A stretch of DNA of 32,000 bases from Mycobacterium leprae TN. GTDB lineage: Bacteria; Actinomycetota; Actinomycetes; Mycobacteriales; Mycobacteriaceae. Under the pieces are notes generated by a model. That model was not told the origin of the DNA. It did no database searches and worked only from the letters and a program-made list of their open reading frames with translations. The stretch covers positions 2,850,001 to 2,882,000 of the forward strand of contig NC_002677.1 in NCBI RefSeq assembly GCF_000195855.1. The letters are read 5' to 3'. Shown here piece by piece: positions 30,041 to 32,000 of the stretch. Both the position numbers and the translations under genes were made by a program. How positions within the stretch are numbered: position 1 is the stretch's first letter; each line of letters begins with the position of its first letter.

Positions 30041-31024
30041 TCAGTCCACTCCCGCATACGAATGCAGACCTACAGTCACCAGGTTAACGAAAAACAGGTT
30101 GAAGACCATAGCAACACACCCGACCACGTTGATCCACGCCGCCCTCCTGTCCCGCCATCCCGCGGTCGACCTGGCATGTAGATAAGCTGCGTATACTACC
30201 CACGCAACAAAAGAAACCGTCTCCTTGGGATCCCAGCCCCAGTACCTGCCCCAGGCTTGCTCGGCCCAGATCGCACCAAAGATCACCCCGAAACCAAACA
30301 CCGGAAACGCAAAGATCGTCGTTCGATAGGCGATCCGGTCCAGGGTCTGTGCGTCAGGGAACCGCCGCACCAGCCGGGCCAGTGCCTTTGCACCTTCGGG
30401 GTCGGAGGCCACCAGCCGCGAGGTGCTCAGCAGGAACAAGATGCTGGCGATGCCGGCGACCAGGAAAATCCCCGAGCCGAGGCTGACCACCGACACGTGG
30501 ATGGGCAGCCAGTAGGACTGCAGCGCCGGGATCACCGGTGCGGCGTTGGCGTAGAGCCACCGACCGGAAATCGTGAGCAGGATCAACACCGACACCAGCA
30601 AGAAAACCCACAGCGGGCGGTACTGTCGCCGACGCAACACGATCGCGCCGGCGACCAGCTCGGAGAAGCAGGTCAGGTTAATGAACTCATACATATTGCC
30701 CCAAGGCACACGCAGGGTGGCCAGGCCGCGCAGCAATATGCACGCTAGCAAGAGACCGATGCCAAGGTAGGCCACGGCCAACCCAGCCTGCCCGACACGT
30801 TCGCCGAACGGCCGTTGCAGAGAGTCCACCACGATACCGGGGGTCCCGCTGTCGGCGGCGACCGACCCGGGCACCACCCGCGTGCGGTTGTCTAACCGGC
30901 GGCTGCCAACGTACGCTAGCTCGTAAGCCAACAGTAGCAGAGCGACCACCAACGCCACCACGGCCGAGGTGAACGCCCAGTCGGAGTAGCACGCCAGGCC
31001 GATGTTGACGTGCAGAGTGTTCAT
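30041..31024 (-). CDS. ccsA: Cytochrome c biogenesis protein CcsA/ResC (Rv0529 homologue)
   Basis: 327-aa polytopic ORF with the heme-handling tryptophan-rich motif WGRYWGWDPKETVSFVAWVVYAAYLH. Its ATG overlaps the upstream gene's stop (ATGA at 31021-31024). Confidence 0.92.
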   Translation of the reverse strand: MNTLHVNIGLACYSDWAFTSAVVALVVALLLLAYELAYVGSRRLDNRTRVVPGSVAADSGTPGIVVDSLQRPFGERVGQAGLAVAYLGIGLLLACILLRGLATLRVPWGNMYEFINLTCFSELVAGAIVLRRRQYRPLWVFLLVSVLILLTISGRWLYANAAPVIPALQSYWLPIHVSVVSLGSGIFLVAGIASILFLLSTSRLVASDPEGAKALARLVRRFPDAQTLDRIAYRTTIFAFPVFGFGVIFGAIWAEQAWGRYWGWDPKETVSFVAWVVYAAYLHARSTAGWRDRRAAWINVVGCVAMVFNLFFVNLVTVGLHSYAGVD

Positions 31025-32000
31025 TTGACGTCCATTTGAGAACTCCTTCTGGCCGCTGCAAGCGTCCGGTCAGCCGCGACGAGCCCGGCCAATAGCCGCT
31101 CCGTCAATCGCTCGAATTCATCGCCCCATCCGGAATTGTCGGTGCGGGCCAGGCCGCCTAGTTCGACGTTCACCGTACCGGCCGCCGGGGTGAGCCTGAC
31201 CCACACCCGGCGACGACGCACCATCAGCGACACCACTAGCCCGACCATCATCGCTATGGCGAAAACAAATACCCAAGCCTGGCCGGGATCATGTGACACC
31301 TGCAAATTGACGAACGGCACAGCCCCATCGAAGCGCACCACGGTGCCAGCCCCTGGACCTTGGCCAAGCCGGACCTGTTCGCCGGCCTGCAGATTGACCC
31401 GTTTCTCTTTGGTCAGCCGGCCCTGATTGATCAGCCGGGGATCCAGAGTGAACAACGACTGAGGCCGCCCGCTGTCCAGGCCGGTATCGCCGCGGTAAAT
31501 GTCGATGGCTACCGCGGGGGCGTTCAGCGCTGGGAAACGCGACAACAACAAGGTGCCGTCTAGCTGCTCGGTCGGTGCCAACAGGCCTTGGATCGCGATC
31601 TCGTGTTGACGACGCTCGCTCATGTTGGGATAGCTGCCTGCGGGTGGGTCGATGCGCACCACGCCCGACGACAGTAGCGTCTGCTGGTTTTCAGGTCGCC
31701 ATTGCACGGTCGACGTGCGCGTCTGTCCGTCGGGGAATGTCACAGTGAAGGTGGGCGCGTAGCCGTGGCCCTGCAAGTACACCCGGTTACCGGCGACGCG
31801 CAGTGGGTGGTTGACTTCCAACCGGTAGGGCCGCCAGCTATTCACCGTCAAATCGTGACCATCCTGATAGTCAATATCCGCAGTAAACGACATAGCCTGT
31901 CCCGAGGGCAAGTAATGTGCCGCAAAGTCGTTTACCCGAATGCAAATCGGATGCAACGAAGTTCCGTCGACGGTGTTGCCGGCACGGAACGCATCGAATG
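31021..32000 (-). CDS. Cytochrome c biogenesis protein ResB/Ccs1-like (Rv0528 homologue), 5' end outside the window
   Basis: The frame of ORF 31021..31956(-) stays open to the window edge (FDAFRAGNTVDGTSLHPICIRV...). A C-terminal TM helix is visible (WVFVFAIAMMVGLVVSLMV). It is translationally coupled to ccsA. Confidence 0.88.
   Translation of the reverse strand, partial: FDAFRAGNTVDGTSLHPICIRVNDFAAHYLPSGQAMSFTADIDYQDGHDLTVNSWRPYRLEVNHPLRVAGNRVYLQGHGYAPTFTVTFPDGQTRTSTVQWRPENQQTLLSSGVVRIDPPAGSYPNMSERRQHEIAIQGLLAPTEQLDGTLLLSRFPALNAPAVAIDIYRGDTGLDSGRPQSLFTLDPRLINQGRLTKEKRVNLQAGEQVRLGQGPGAGTVVRFDGAVPFVNLQVSHDPGQAWVFVFAIAMMVGLVVSLMVRRRRVWVRLTPAAGTVNVELGGLARTDNSGWGDEFERLTERLLAGLVAADRTLAAARRSSQMDVK

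Noticed and set aside
30257-30748. 163-aa ORF on the plus strand inside ccsA
   Set aside because: It is antisense to the polytopic CcsA frame, which carries the WGxxWxWD heme-handling motif. Its Arg/Gln/Asp-rich composition is typical of a shadow ORF.

Overview
This window looks like a reductively evolved mycobacterial chromosome of the Mycobacterium leprae type. All homology calls below come from reading the ORF translations and recalling protein families; no searches were run. About 17 genes look intact, covering roughly 40% of the window: lpd, mca, greA, metB, the proline-rich antigen pra, cbs, echA9, echA8, menA, ccsA, a resB-like gene running off the 3' edge, and several small membrane or secreted proteins. 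Between them lie at least 10 well-supported pseudogenes with in-frame stops and frameshifts: echA2-like, S9 peptidase, aldehyde dehydrogenase, DUF779, a DUF255 thioredoxin-fold protein, lipU-like, fadA3-like thiolase, an Rv1069c-like membrane hydrolase, pnp and a galE-like fragment. The main non-genic structure is a pair of essentially identical 871-bp dispersed-repeat cores in inverted orientation (8662-9532 and 25314-26184). They sit exactly at the junctions between three gene blocks whose order matches three separate M. tuberculosis loci as I recall them: Rv0455c-Rv0463, Rv1084-Rv1069c and Rv0536-Rv0528. The two copies have different, modular terminal inverted repeats, and each carries a canonical short-loop G-quadruplex motif. 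I found no rRNA, tRNA, CRISPR array, prophage, recognisable transposase or multi-gene defence-type system, and I cannot support a previously undescribed system here. The items most worth follow-up are the repeat architecture and its potential to invert the bracketed segment, an unlisted 53-codon ORF with a strong Shine-Dalgarno, a perfect 14-bp hairpin upstream of greA, and the retention of an Rv0455c homologue.
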